From assembly GCA_963665665.1 (NCBI GenBank), contig OY762428.1, forward strand, positions 128,001 to 192,000: 64,000 nucleotides of DNA. The letters are read 5' to 3'. Origin of the DNA: Candidatus Kapaibacterium sp. (GTDB lineage: Bacteria > Bacteroidota > Ignavibacteria > Kapaibacteriales > UBA2268). The position numbers and the translations under genes are program-made. Shown in pieces: positions 39,060 to 49,544 of this stretch; position 1 is the first letter of the stretch, and each line of letters opens with the position of its first letter. Under the pieces are notes generated by a model that did no database searches, was not told where the DNA came from, and worked only from the letters and a program-made list of their open reading frames with translations.

Positions 39060-39540
39060 ATAGCGGCGTAGCCGCGACATTTTTGTAGTAAATCGATCCC
39101 GAAAAGAACAACAGCCCCGTCGGGGCGGCATTTACATTTCAGATGTCGCTCCTACGGAGCTTTGAATGAAGATTATGCAAATATTATCTACAAAAATTCC
39201 GCTCCTACGGAGCTTTTTTATATGATTTCGCTGCTCTTGCAACAGAGGAAGTCCACATTTACTTTGCAGATAATGTATAAAGAATGGATACTTCGCTTCG
39301 CTCAGTATGACAATCCATGCGCCGGCGTGGGACAGGTGATTTTCCCTCCTTCCCAAGCCCCGCTTGGGAAGGAATATTTCCTGCAAAGTTCTACTTTGGA
39401 ATTATGAAGCTCAGCTTCAAAAGAAAACTGCATTACGAAGTACAAGTTCGTAATGAGGGGGAATGTATATAGAATGGATACTTCGCTTCGCTCAGTATGA
39501 CATTCCATCCCTTTAATCCCCTACGGCGAAGGTGAATTAT
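39060..39540. repeat. REP-like palindrome cluster
   Basis: GCGGCGTAGCCGC, TGTCGCTCCTACGGAGC and CCGCTCCTACGGAGC, GGATACTTCGCTTCGCTCAGTATGAC x2, TTCCCAAGCCCCGCTTGGGAA. Partly the reverse complement of 9958-10120. Confidence 0.85.
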
Positions 39541-39582
39541 CCGGTATAACTTCTTTATCTGTTTTAGTGAAAGTATTATAAT

Positions 39583-40359
39583 TTATTTCGGCAGCCTGAA
39601 AGCAAGCCCTGCACCGACAAACATATCTTCTGTTATTTCAGATAAGGCATAGCCCCCGGCAATATCAAATTGAAGGTTATCCATCAGCGAGTAAGTAAAA
39701 CCACAATCAAACTGATGGTTGGGTTTAAAATCCGATGCAGCATCGCCGTATAATTCAACAAATGCTCCCAATTTATCAGTAAGGCCGATACCAAGGGCAC
39801 ATGAATAAATGTACGAAGGTATTCCGCCTTCCCACGCCATACCAAGATTGGCACATGTAGACAGGGTTTCATTCAAGCCCTTTTCAAAGCTGAAACGAAA
39901 ACCTGGTTCGGCATACTCGGGTACAAGAGCTTCTTCTCCATGAGGCAGTGCGGTTGATACCAGTACAGCAATTTTAGGGATCAGGTCATCTCCTTCGGTT
40001 ATCTTTACCTTGAAACCTAATTCTGTATCGCTTAGCCCTGATATATCATTTTCCATATCATTATACTTGCTGGTTATCTTGCTGTAGGCAAAGCCAAAGC
40101 GCAATTCCATTGCCTCGAAAACACCAAACCTGAAAAGTGTTGTTGCCAGGCCGAGGTTGGTTGTTTCAAGTCCGTCCATATCATCCATTCCAAGTGTAAA
40201 GCCGGTTTCTACCTGAAGCCAGCCTGGAACAACTATATTCGCAGATTCTGACTGATCGGGACGGTCAGTAACCATTTCCGGTATTTCTTCGGATAAGAGA
40301 TTTCTTGTTAATATCAAGAACAGTATGAGCGTGAAGATTGTGTAATTAGTTTTTTTCAT
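39583..40359 (-). CDS. Outer-membrane beta-barrel transporter (phenol-degradation MetA-pathway-like family)
   Basis: Signal peptide, MVTDRPDQSESA..V..G.LQVETG, alternating beta-strand pattern. Confidence 0.8.
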   Translation of the reverse strand: MKKTNYTIFTLILFLILTRNLLSEEIPEMVTDRPDQSESANIVVPGWLQVETGFTLGMDDMDGLETTNLGLATTLFRFGVFEAMELRFGFAYSKITSKYNDMENDISGLSDTELGFKVKITEGDDLIPKIAVLVSTALPHGEEALVPEYAEPGFRFSFEKGLNETLSTCANLGMAWEGGIPSYIYSCALGIGLTDKLGAFVELYGDAASDFKPNHQFDCGFTYSLMDNLQFDIAGGYALSEITEDMFVGAGLAFRLPK

Positions 40360-40451
40360 AGTTATTTCCATTTTAAAACGTTATATTTAGTAATTATAAT
40401 CGAAAATGTGTAATTATAATTGCAAATCAACAAAATCATTCAATAATCAAT

Positions 40452-40805
40452 ATGAAAAAAAATATAATAACCAAAATTATCCGTCTGATAATGGCCATCT
40501 GGGCAGTTGCACTTCTTGCAATGATTTACCTGTTGGGAATGAGTGGATCGGGATTTTCAATAGAAATGCTGGTATTCATGCCCTTACTTGCCGTGCCTGT
40601 CATTCTTATCTGGAAATGGGAATATTTGGGTGGAATTATTGTTTTCGCTTTTTCATTAACGCTGATTCTGATCTTCGATTGGAAATTCACAGACCTGACA
40701 AATCCCGGCTTTATCAGTTTTATTATTCCATTATTTACAGGTATTGCATCATTCCTTAATAGTGATAAATTCCGGGGAAGGAAGAGAGAAAAAAATATAA
40801 ATTAA
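40452..40805 (+). CDS. Small membrane protein (~4 TM)
   Basis: Hydrophobic segments, IWKWEYLGGI. Confidence 0.7.
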   Translation: MKKNIITKIIRLIMAIWAVALLAMIYLLGMSGSGFSIEMLVFMPLLAVPVILIWKWEYLGGIIVFAFSLTLILIFDWKFTDLTNPGFISFIIPLFTGIASFLNSDKFRGRKREKNIN

Positions 40806-42541
40806 CTCTCATCAAGTTCGCTAACCAGTTTCTGCTTCATGTACAGATCAAGATATTTGCCAATGCCTTTGAGTAACTGTTCATTTGTTCCGGATTCAGT
40901 TATATTTCCGTTTTCCATGTATATAATATTATCACAGCCGGATATGGCGCTCAGGCGGTGGCTGACGATGATCGTTGTTTTTCCTGCCATTTTATTCTTT
41001 AAATTTTCCAGTATTCGGCTCTCCATTTTTCCGTCAACTGCCGAAAAAGCATCGTCAAGGATCAGTATTTCCGGCTTGGATGTAAGGGCACGGGCTATTG
41101 CCAGCCTTTGCTTTTGCCCCCCCGACAGGCTAATTCCTTTTTCTCCGAGAAGAGTATCGTAAGCTTCGGGAAAAGTCATTATTTCATCGTGAATTCCGGC
41201 AATACGGGCACAGTCAATAATAATACTCCGGTCAATATCACTTCTGCCGAAACTGATATTATTTGCAATCGTATCAGAAAACAGGAATGGTTCCTGCGCT
41301 ACGAATGAAACAGAATTTCTAAGCGACTTTATATCATAATCATTAATATCAATATCATTAATTAAAACTGATCCTTCCTGAGGTTTATCATTTCCCGTTA
41401 GCAGTGATGTTAAAATCGTTTTCCCACAGCCTACAGGCCCTGTTATCCCGAGGCTGCTTCCCTCCGGAATATTAAGGCTTATACCATTGATAATCGGAAT
41501 TTCCGGATCAATTCGGAAATGTATATCCCTGAATTCAATATTCCCTCTTATTTTTTCAACTCTTTGCTTTTTCGGGGAATCAGGAGTGATTCTTTGTTCG
41601 AAAACAGTTTGCAGCCTTGCTGCCGATGCAGATGCCCTTTGGATCAGGTTAATAATCCATCCCAGGGCTGCTACGGGCCAGATAAGGAGGTTCAGATATA
41701 TAAAGAACTGGGCAAGTCCTCCTATTGTAAGACCGCCGTTAATAACCATCCTGCCGCCGAATATCAGGACAAGTACCAGTGATGAACCGACAAGAACCAT
41801 TATCACGGGGATGGTCAGCGCCTGGATTCTGACCATAGCCATATTTTTTCGGTAATAATCCTTATTGAATTTTTCAAAATTATCTTCATCATCCCTTTCG
41901 CGTGCGTAGGCTCTGAGTATTCGAATTCCGGTAACCGATTCCCTGACTTTTTCTGTCATTGATGCAAATGCCTGCTGCACATCGGTAAAAGCAAAATGCA
42001 CTTTTTTCCCGAGTATATAAGTCAGCAGTGCTACTACAGGAAGAGGAATCAGAGCAATTCCCGTAACCCCCGGATCCAGCTTTATCATGAAATAAATCGA
42101 GAGGGCGAACATACTGATAGAATTAGCACCGAACATTACTGCCGGCCCGAGAAACTCACGTGCAGCAGCAATATCATTCGAAGAAAACGCCATCAGATCA
42201 CCAGTCTTCATCTTCCTGAAAAAATTGAGCGGCATCGAAACAATTAGTTCGAAGAAATCCTTTCTCAGGTCGTATTCAATTTTTCTGGACACAGATATTA
42301 TAAACCGCCTGGTAAGCGACATGAAAAAAGCAGAAAACAAAGTCAGGCTGATAATGATCAATATGTCCCAAAGGACAACATCCATATCAATGTTCCCACC
42401 GCTGATTAAATCAATTACCTTCCCGACAAACCTCGGAGACAGTGTTGCGGCAACATTGGATATCAGCACAAATATAAATCCGGCAGCTATTTGCAGCCTG
42501 TACTTCCTGATATATGGTAATATAATCCTGAGGTTCTTCAA
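40802..42541 (-). CDS. ABC exporter, fused permease/ATP-binding (MdlA-like)
   Basis: N-terminal TMD, GPVGCGKT, LSGGQKQRLAIARAL, ILDDAFSAVD, SHR. Confidence 0.95.
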   Translation of the reverse strand: MKNLRIILPYIRKYRLQIAAGFIFVLISNVAATLSPRFVGKVIDLISGGNIDMDVVLWDILIIISLTLFSAFFMSLTRRFIISVSRKIEYDLRKDFFELIVSMPLNFFRKMKTGDLMAFSSNDIAAAREFLGPAVMFGANSISMFALSIYFMIKLDPGVTGIALIPLPVVALLTYILGKKVHFAFTDVQQAFASMTEKVRESVTGIRILRAYARERDDEDNFEKFNKDYYRKNMAMVRIQALTIPVIMVLVGSSLVLVLIFGGRMVINGGLTIGGLAQFFIYLNLLIWPVAALGWIINLIQRASASAARLQTVFEQRITPDSPKKQRVEKIRGNIEFRDIHFRIDPEIPIINGISLNIPEGSSLGITGPVGCGKTILTSLLTGNDKPQEGSVLINDIDINDYDIKSLRNSVSFVAQEPFLFSDTIANNISFGRSDIDRSIIIDCARIAGIHDEIMTFPEAYDTLLGEKGISLSGGQKQRLAIARALTSKPEILILDDAFSAVDGKMESRILENLKNKMAGKTTIIVSHRLSAISGCDNIIYMENGNITESGTNEQLLKGIGKYLDLYMKQKLVSELDES

Positions 42542-42862
42542 GGCAAAATGTTCAGTACTTTATTTTACAAAAGCCAAAATTACTATTGTAATATAAAACT
42601 AATTTTTATCTATTGCTAATCTGAAAAATCACAGGTACACGAACTACACTACAACTCATCAAGCGATATTTTTATTCTTTTCAAAATTATTAATGTGCAG
42701 TTTACCACATAGTATTAGCCAAACCGACAATTAAAGCTAAAAAAATTCTGAATAAGATTAAAACAGTTATTTATTTTATACTTATTGTGCCAGGCTTGTA
42801 TTTATTAAATTTTCATTATATTTAAAAAATTGAATTTTGTGGTATTATTTTTTGGTTTAAAC

Positions 42863-43573
42863 ATGAAATTAATTTTAATGCTTATGATTTCGCTTGGATT
42901 GATCTTTATTCCCGGATTAGCTCCAACAAACGCTTTTGCTCAGCAGGAGGAAGAATATTACGAGGAAGAAGAATATGAAGAGGATGAATATGAATACGAA
43001 TATGAGGACGAAGAAGAGGAAGAGGATGATTACCAGTGGGATGCCAAGCCAAAACAAAAAAAATGGGCTGTGGGTTTGCAATTGGGATTCAATTTCAATT
43101 TAAGTGAAAACAGTGATTTCTGGGGAAATTCATTTAGCTTCTTTTTGGGAATTGAAAGAGAAATTACAAAGAATTTCTATATGGGATTGAATCTTGGCTT
43201 TATTAACTGGACAGCCGAGTATGATAATGATATTGATGAGTATGCATTGCGTGTATATCCCCTGAATATTACCGCCAATTATTACTTTCCAAGTACTCCC
43301 AATTTCAGGCCTTATGCAGGAATTGAAACAGGAATGAATTATGTTCATTATAAGCATGAGGATTACGAGTTCCTTGAAGATCAGACAAACAGAAAAACAC
43401 TGGTACATAAAACAATTGACGATACCAAGGATTTCGGATTTGCACCAGTTCTGGGTATGACAATGCCCTGGGGAGCTTTCGATATGAATTTCAACTTGAA
43501 ATATTACACAATTTTCAGAACAAAAAACGTTAGCTTCTTAGCAATAAATGGCGGGTTAACTTATAGATTCTAA
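42863..43573 (+). CDS. Outer-membrane beta-barrel protein with acidic N-terminal tract
   Basis: Signal peptide, E/D/Y tract, FRPYAG, C-terminal GLTYRF BAM signal. Confidence 0.8.
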   Translation: MKLILMLMISLGLIFIPGLAPTNAFAQQEEEYYEEEEYEEDEYEYEYEDEEEEEDDYQWDAKPKQKKWAVGLQLGFNFNLSENSDFWGNSFSFFLGIEREITKNFYMGLNLGFINWTAEYDNDIDEYALRVYPLNITANYYFPSTPNFRPYAGIETGMNYVHYKHEDYEFLEDQTNRKTLVHKTIDDTKDFGFAPVLGMTMPWGAFDMNFNLKYYTIFRTKNVSFLAINGGLTYRF

Positions 43574-43576
43574 TCA

Positions 43577-43610
43577 TTTCCAGGCCCGGTATTTTCCGGG
43601 CCTGAAATTT
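43577..43610 (+). terminator. Stem-loop/terminator
   Basis: CAGGCCCGG-TATTTT-CCGGGCCTG. Confidence 0.65.
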
Positions 43611-43692
43611 GAATAATAATTTTTCCTGAGACCAAAATACTTTTTGAGTGTTCTTCCTGAAAAGGTGTTTTTGATAATTAAGGTAACATGAG

Positions 43693-45300
43693 GTGAAAAA
43701 TAAGCTCAGTCATATAAATCCGGAAGTAGCAATAATCCTGCTTTCCTCGCTGTATATGGGAATATATATTTTTATGTCCAGCATGGAAATAGGCGCTATC
43801 AGGTATTTCGTCCTGTTCGACGACCAGATGATTTCCATGCGCTATGCAAAAAATTTTACCGAAGGATTCGGGCTTGTTTGGAATCCCGGTGACTTGCCGG
43901 TTGAAGGTTATTCGAACCTGCTATGGGTTTTGATAATGAGCATAATTCATCTGTTTAACATTCCGGATAACTTGGTTTCTTTACCGATACAGCTGATTGG
44001 CGCTGTTTGCCATACATTGGCTATCATTCTTGCAGGAAAAATTGCAATGATTTTCAGCAATGGTGACCGAAGAGTAAAAATACTCAGCATGATATTCACC
44101 GCATTTTATTTACCCATAATTACATGGGCTTTGCAGGGAACCGAGACTTCTTTGATCACAGTTTTACTTCTTCTGGCAATTTTTATTCTATTCAGTCCAG
44201 GAATAAACAATATTAAAGCATTGCTGCCGGCAGTTATCCTTCTGGGTTTAAGGCCGGATATGATCACATATTATGCAATAATTACTGTTTATGCGATAAT
44301 TGTATCAAAAAACAGAAGAAAAGATGTCAGTTTGTGGTTAAGTACCGGAATATTGGTATTGATTCTGTTATTAGCTTTCAGGTATTCCTACTACGGTGAA
44401 TTATTCCCAAATACCTATTACCTGAAAATGACGGGATACCCGTTTGTTTCCAGGTTGCTGAGAGGACTGGCTTATTCGTTTAAGTTTATATTACTATTCA
44501 ATCCGATAATTTTTCTTTTACCTTTCTTTTTCTACAGGAAATATCGGGACAGAAGGCAGGCCGGCTTATTATTAATACTGCCGATAGTTCAGATATTTTA
44601 CAGCATTTACGTAGGTGGCGACGCGTGGGAATGGTGGGGCGGATCAAACCGCTTTCTCAGCCCCGCCATACCCGGGTTCTTTATAGTACTCAGCGTCGCC
44701 CTGATTTATTATTCTGAAAAAATTATCAATTTTATTCAAAAGTTTAACCACTTTCAAAATAATAAAAAATCATCAGTTTACCTTGCCAAATTATTTATTC
44801 CCGCATTATCATTGGCAGTACTATTGAATGTTAATATGTCGGACGGGCCTGAATCTCTTATGGATTTTATTTTTGCCAGGCCTACAATTCATTTCCAGGA
44901 TAACCGCAACTGTATTGAACTTGCCCTTGCAACAAATAGAATGGCCGATAATAATACTGTTGTTGATATTGTAAATGCCGGAATTATACCCTATTTCTGT
45001 CATGCACGCTTCCACGACATGCTTGGTAAAAATGACAAGAGGATTGCAAAAATGGAAGCCGTCAGGAATGGCTGCAGGATATTTATGCCTGAATCCATCC
45101 CCGGCCATAATAAATATGATTATCATTATTCCATTAAAGAAATTTCTCCCGATATTATTCTCCAGTTCTGGCATGACAGAGAATCAGCGCAAGAGTATCT
45201 CAGAGATTACAGCCTGATTTTCCTTAAGGGTTTCCCGGTTTATATAAAAAATAATAGCGGCGCTAATGACAACCTGCGCAAATTAAATTTCAAAGAATGA
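43693..45300 (+). CDS. GT-C fold membrane glycosyltransferase
   Basis: LFDDQMISMRYAKN..EG.GLVWN....VEGYSN, RPD, YYGELFPNTYY.K, VGGD, multiple TM helices. Confidence 0.8.
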   Translation: MKNKLSHINPEVAIILLSSLYMGIYIFMSSMEIGAIRYFVLFDDQMISMRYAKNFTEGFGLVWNPGDLPVEGYSNLLWVLIMSIIHLFNIPDNLVSLPIQLIGAVCHTLAIILAGKIAMIFSNGDRRVKILSMIFTAFYLPIITWALQGTETSLITVLLLLAIFILFSPGINNIKALLPAVILLGLRPDMITYYAIITVYAIIVSKNRRKDVSLWLSTGILVLILLLAFRYSYYGELFPNTYYLKMTGYPFVSRLLRGLAYSFKFILLFNPIIFLLPFFFYRKYRDRRQAGLLLILPIVQIFYSIYVGGDAWEWWGGSNRFLSPAIPGFFIVLSVALIYYSEKIINFIQKFNHFQNNKKSSVYLAKLFIPALSLAVLLNVNMSDGPESLMDFIFARPTIHFQDNRNCIELALATNRMADNNTVVDIVNAGIIPYFCHARFHDMLGKNDKRIAKMEAVRNGCRIFMPESIPGHNKYDYHYSIKEISPDIILQFWHDRESAQEYLRDYSLIFLKGFPVYIKNNSGANDNLRKLNFKE

Positions 45301-45345
45301 CACCAATTGGTTATTTTTGATTTTTTAGGATAAGCGGAAACTGAA

Positions 45346-46791
45346 TTGACCGGGATACTTTTAATATTAATATTTATTTCTTATTACATCAATGTTTTCC
45401 AGGTGTTCTCAATCGGGACTTATGGCGTGATAGTATCGGATTTATTCGTACTCGCATATTTTTTAGTTTTTCTGAAGAGAGTTATCTGGAACGGTGACAG
45501 TCTGAAAATTGTCCGAAATCCTGCAATGTATTTATACATAGCGTTTATAGCTTCAATTTTCCTTTCGGCGATGAATCCTTTGATTGGCGGTAATTCACAT
45601 GAATTGCAGCAGTTTTTCAAGAGCTTTGCTCATTTGATATTTATAGCATTATTTGCATTGATTCTTGCCGTTTATCCCGAAAACAGGAAAACATGGGAAA
45701 ATGTAATTAAAGCATGGCTTATAATGTCCCTGCTGATAAATATATTTGGTATCTACCAGATTGCAGCCCGCGCATGGGATTTGCCGCTTGCCTGGCTGGA
45801 CACCACTAACGTCAGCTTTGCCACACGAGGCCTTGTAGATGTGAATGAAATTACCCAGCTTAGCCTGAAGTTTGAAGATTTTTATCGCGCCACGTCAATT
45901 TTTTCCGAACCCTCAGCTTTGGCATCTTATAATGTGATAATTTTTATCTTTCTTTTGGTACCCATAATCCAAGGTAAGAAACCTTTTTTAAAATCAAAGT
46001 TTCTGAATATTCTTGTATTCTCGGCAGCTTTGGTTGCTATTTTCCTTACTTTCTCACTTACGGGGGCAGTAGGGCTTTCAATGATTATTGGTGGTATGTT
46101 CCTTATTCAGAGAAATAAAAAACTACTCCGTATTATTTATGTTGGAATGATAGCAATTGTACTGATAGTTGCCTCCGACAGCGTGGTTGAGAAAAATATG
46201 GGAATATCTGTTGTGAACTTATTTTCCGAAAGAATTGGCGGTATCGTGAAGGGTGGCGGAGGTATGTCCGGCGAATCATTTACTACCAGGATGGAAAGCG
46301 GATCAATAACAATGGATATATGGAAAAAAAGGCCGGTTACAGGCGTTGGCATCGGGCTGACATCGTATTATTCCGATGGAAAGATAAAATTCAGCGATAT
46401 GGGAGTGCTCGCTGCTTTCGCTGAACTTGGCATAATCGGCGGCTCGGTGTTTATCCTTCTGCATATATTTTTATTTGTTCTGAGTATAAGGGAAATATTG
46501 ATTCAAAGAAAAATTCCGGGTGTGGCCGATCCTGACGATGAAAGGCTTTTCGGGATTGTTTATTATTTCATGTTTACAATGCTGCTTATCAATTTTATCA
46601 GCGGTAACAACCTGGCTTCGTCATTTTTCTATATTCCTCTTGGTATGCTGCTTGCAATACTTAACCTGAATATGCAGGCAAGAGGCTCGAAAGTATATGA
46701 ATTAAAACTATTTAAAATGCCGCTTAAAGATTATTTCGGAACATTTGTCAGCCACACTGTATCAAATCTCAAATTGAAATCGAAGAAGTGA
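45346..46791 (+). CDS. O-antigen ligase/polymerase family membrane protein
   Basis: Multi-TM, RATSIFSEPS, P.TGVGIG, AELGIIG. Confidence 0.82.
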   Translation: MTGILLILIFISYYINVFQVFSIGTYGVIVSDLFVLAYFLVFLKRVIWNGDSLKIVRNPAMYLYIAFIASIFLSAMNPLIGGNSHELQQFFKSFAHLIFIALFALILAVYPENRKTWENVIKAWLIMSLLINIFGIYQIAARAWDLPLAWLDTTNVSFATRGLVDVNEITQLSLKFEDFYRATSIFSEPSALASYNVIIFIFLLVPIIQGKKPFLKSKFLNILVFSAALVAIFLTFSLTGAVGLSMIIGGMFLIQRNKKLLRIIYVGMIAIVLIVASDSVVEKNMGISVVNLFSERIGGIVKGGGGMSGESFTTRMESGSITMDIWKKRPVTGVGIGLTSYYSDGKIKFSDMGVLAAFAELGIIGGSVFILLHIFLFVLSIREILIQRKIPGVADPDDERLFGIVYYFMFTMLLINFISGNNLASSFFYIPLGMLLAILNLNMQARGSKVYELKLFKMPLKDYFGTFVSHTVSNLKLKSKK

Positions 46792-47151
46792 TATTTCGAG
46801 CAATTCATTATAAAAGGCTTAGCATAAAAGTAATAGTCATTTTGATAAGTTCAGAAAAATAAAAACTAATTACACTATTCAAGCTAACTATTAACCTTTG
46901 GGCCAAGTTTGGATTACTATTTCAAATTCTCTATAAGGGACTAATCCTCAACCGGGATGGGGGGCAATGGAGATATCGACCAACCCGCTAGTTTTACAGC
47001 TAAATATTTTTCCATGATTATTAACCTTTCTGTAAAAATATGATGATTCAAATCGCGGAATTTATCAAAAATACCAGTCAAATTTGCAGCAAAAGCAAGT
47101 GAGATATGATAACCTGCGATAATGTGATTTTGAGTAACTTTCCGGTAATGA

Positions 47152-48138
47152 CTAATTTTTTCTATCCCTGTTGCCAATAGATATTGAAATATCCTCCAAC
47201 CAGGAATCAATTTTTTCATTCACTTTCTTAACCAGATCCTTATCTTCTTTTAAAACCAGATCGCCTCCCTTATGATAATTTTCAATAATTTGCTTCATGT
47301 TCAGTTCCATAAAGTGCAAATCAATCCATACAATTTGATAATCATCCGACAATTTATACGCGGATCGAGCTCTCATTTCAAATCCACAAATAACACAATC
47401 GACATAAGGTTCCCGATAATAAATATTTATCTGGCTGCCATCATTCTTTACAATTGTCCATCCCGGTGTCAGGTTATGATCATCATCACCATAAATTATA
47501 ATCTCTTTAACATCATCGTGCGCTATGACAATTCCTGAGCTATCGTACTTGAGATAATTATCATTCCTGACATAAGATGCAAAATACTTTGATTGCCCAG
47601 GTAAAATATCAGTTTCAAGCATTATCGAATTAACCTGCAACTGATATCCCACAACAGCTCCAAGGGCCGGTTTTCCAACTACGCGGCCAGCCAATAATTG
47701 TATCAATGGAGTGGAATACAAAGCAATTCCTAATTTTATACTCTGCCCGACACCATCTCTTTCATATCCCAAGGCGCCGTCAAGTTCAACTGTTGGATTC
47801 CAGTCATTCATGAAAACATTGTTTAAATGAAATTGCAAATTGCCATAATTATTATCGTATCTGCTATTTAAATACCTTATGTACGAGAAAGATGAAGGCC
47901 AAAGGAAATTGTTGAAAGTAAAACCTACAGCATTGTTTTCCGATATTCCAAAATACGATCCTAATTGAAAAGAAGGAGTCGAGAAGTTACATGTTGACAT
48001 ACCAAAACTAAACCTCAGTTCATAATCGCCGGTTTTTATTGGCTTTATAGGTACGAAATGCTGAGTAGTCCCGCATGAAGATATCAATGTTAAAATCAAC
48101 AAAAAGAAAATATATTTAATTCTAAAAATTTCCTTCAT
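47152..48138 (-). CDS. Hypothetical lipoprotein
   Basis: LISSC lipobox, 328-aa ORF. Confidence 0.7.
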   Translation of the reverse strand: MKEIFRIKYIFFLLILTLISSCGTTQHFVPIKPIKTGDYELRFSFGMSTCNFSTPSFQLGSYFGISENNAVGFTFNNFLWPSSFSYIRYLNSRYDNNYGNLQFHLNNVFMNDWNPTVELDGALGYERDGVGQSIKLGIALYSTPLIQLLAGRVVGKPALGAVVGYQLQVNSIMLETDILPGQSKYFASYVRNDNYLKYDSSGIVIAHDDVKEIIIYGDDDHNLTPGWTIVKNDGSQINIYYREPYVDCVICGFEMRARSAYKLSDDYQIVWIDLHFMELNMKQIIENYHKGGDLVLKEDKDLVKKVNEKIDSWLEDISISIGNRDRKN

Positions 48139-48209
48139 AATATTATCCCTTTAATCATTCAGTTATTATTCAAACTTCCCCGATATCTTTGGATATATAA
48201 TTCCTCCTC

Positions 48210-49544
48210 CTAAATCAGCCTTCTGGATTTTATTTCTATATACTTGTTAATGGTTTCTGCGCTGAGGTTCTCGGGAGCGGTGTATATTGTCTGTATTCCG
48301 CGTTTATTCAGTTCGTTGATTATCTGTAATTTCTCGAATGCAAGCTGCTCGCCTGTCACCTGGTAATAAATATCTTTCAGCTTTACGGGAGTGGATTCAA
48401 GCAGGTCGTTCATTTCCGTGTTCTTGAAAATAACCACAACCATCAGGTGGTACTTTGCTATCGAGCTCAGGTAGCGCATGTTGCGGCGCATGGAAGATAT
48501 TGTCTCGAAATTAGTATATAAAACAACGAGAGAGCGCTGCCTGACCTTGCGTGTAAAGTAGATAGCAGCTTTCTCGTAATCGCATTCCAGGAATCCGGTT
48601 TCTGATTTATAGAGCAGTTCCATGATTTTATTCAGTTGTCCCGGCCTTTTGCTGGCGGGAAGGAAAGATGATATCTGGTTCGAAAATGATAGCAACCCTG
48701 CCTTATCCTGTTTCATCACGGCAATATCCGATAGGACAAGGGTGGAATTAATGGCATAATCCACAAGGCTCATGCCCCTGAAGGGCATTTTCATGGTTCG
48801 CCCCATATCTATCATGCTGTAAACATTCTGCGACTTCTCGTCCGTGTATTGGTTTACCATCAGGGAATTTTTCCTTGCGGTGGCTTTCCAGTTTATCAGC
48901 CTGTAATCGTCTCCGGGTACGTACTGACGAATCTGCTCAAATTCCATGGACTGCCCCATTTTTCTTATCTGCTTTACGCCGAATTCTGTCAGGCGGTTGG
49001 AAATAGCCATCAGCTCGAACTGCCGCATTTGCAGGAATGCCGGGTAAACTTTTACTTTCTGCTCTTCGCCCCTGCTAATTTTTCTTTCGGCGAATCCAAT
49101 TTTTGATCTCACGAGGAAATAAATTCTGCCGAATACATATTCACCCCTTTTCACCGGGCGGATATAATAAATTTTCTCAATTTTCTGAAATTTCTTAAGC
49201 CATGTATTGATCCTGAAATTCCTCATCTGGAACTGGTCGGGTATGTCGTCAATTATTGTAAGGTCAACATCATAGCGATAACCTGATTCAACATTCAGCT
49301 GAACAGGATTTTCATCACCATTGGAAAATCTTTCAGGGACAACTCTTTCTGACTTTATGCCGTCCCGTGATGAATAGAGGAAAACAATATCGGCAATTGT
49401 AAGAAATATAAATATATAAAGCGCAATTTTTGTTAAATAGTAAATAAACGGGAAATAGAAGCCAAACCCAAAAAGGATGACCATTATTCCCCCGGCAATG
49501 AAGAAACGCGGAGTGAAGAAAATACTTTTCAGTATCTTTTTCAT
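48210..49544 (-). CDS. DUF58 domain protein (MoxR-associated)
   Basis: EFEQIRQYVPGDD.R.INWKATAR, D.GRTM. Follows moxR. Confidence 0.92.
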   Translation of the reverse strand: MKKILKSIFFTPRFFIAGGIMVILFGFGFYFPFIYYLTKIALYIFIFLTIADIVFLYSSRDGIKSERVVPERFSNGDENPVQLNVESGYRYDVDLTIIDDIPDQFQMRNFRINTWLKKFQKIEKIYYIRPVKRGEYVFGRIYFLVRSKIGFAERKISRGEEQKVKVYPAFLQMRQFELMAISNRLTEFGVKQIRKMGQSMEFEQIRQYVPGDDYRLINWKATARKNSLMVNQYTDEKSQNVYSMIDMGRTMKMPFRGMSLVDYAINSTLVLSDIAVMKQDKAGLLSFSNQISSFLPASKRPGQLNKIMELLYKSETGFLECDYEKAAIYFTRKVRQRSLVVLYTNFETISSMRRNMRYLSSIAKYHLMVVVIFKNTEMNDLLESTPVKLKDIYYQVTGEQLAFEKLQIINELNKRGIQTIYTAPENLSAETINKYIEIKSRRLI

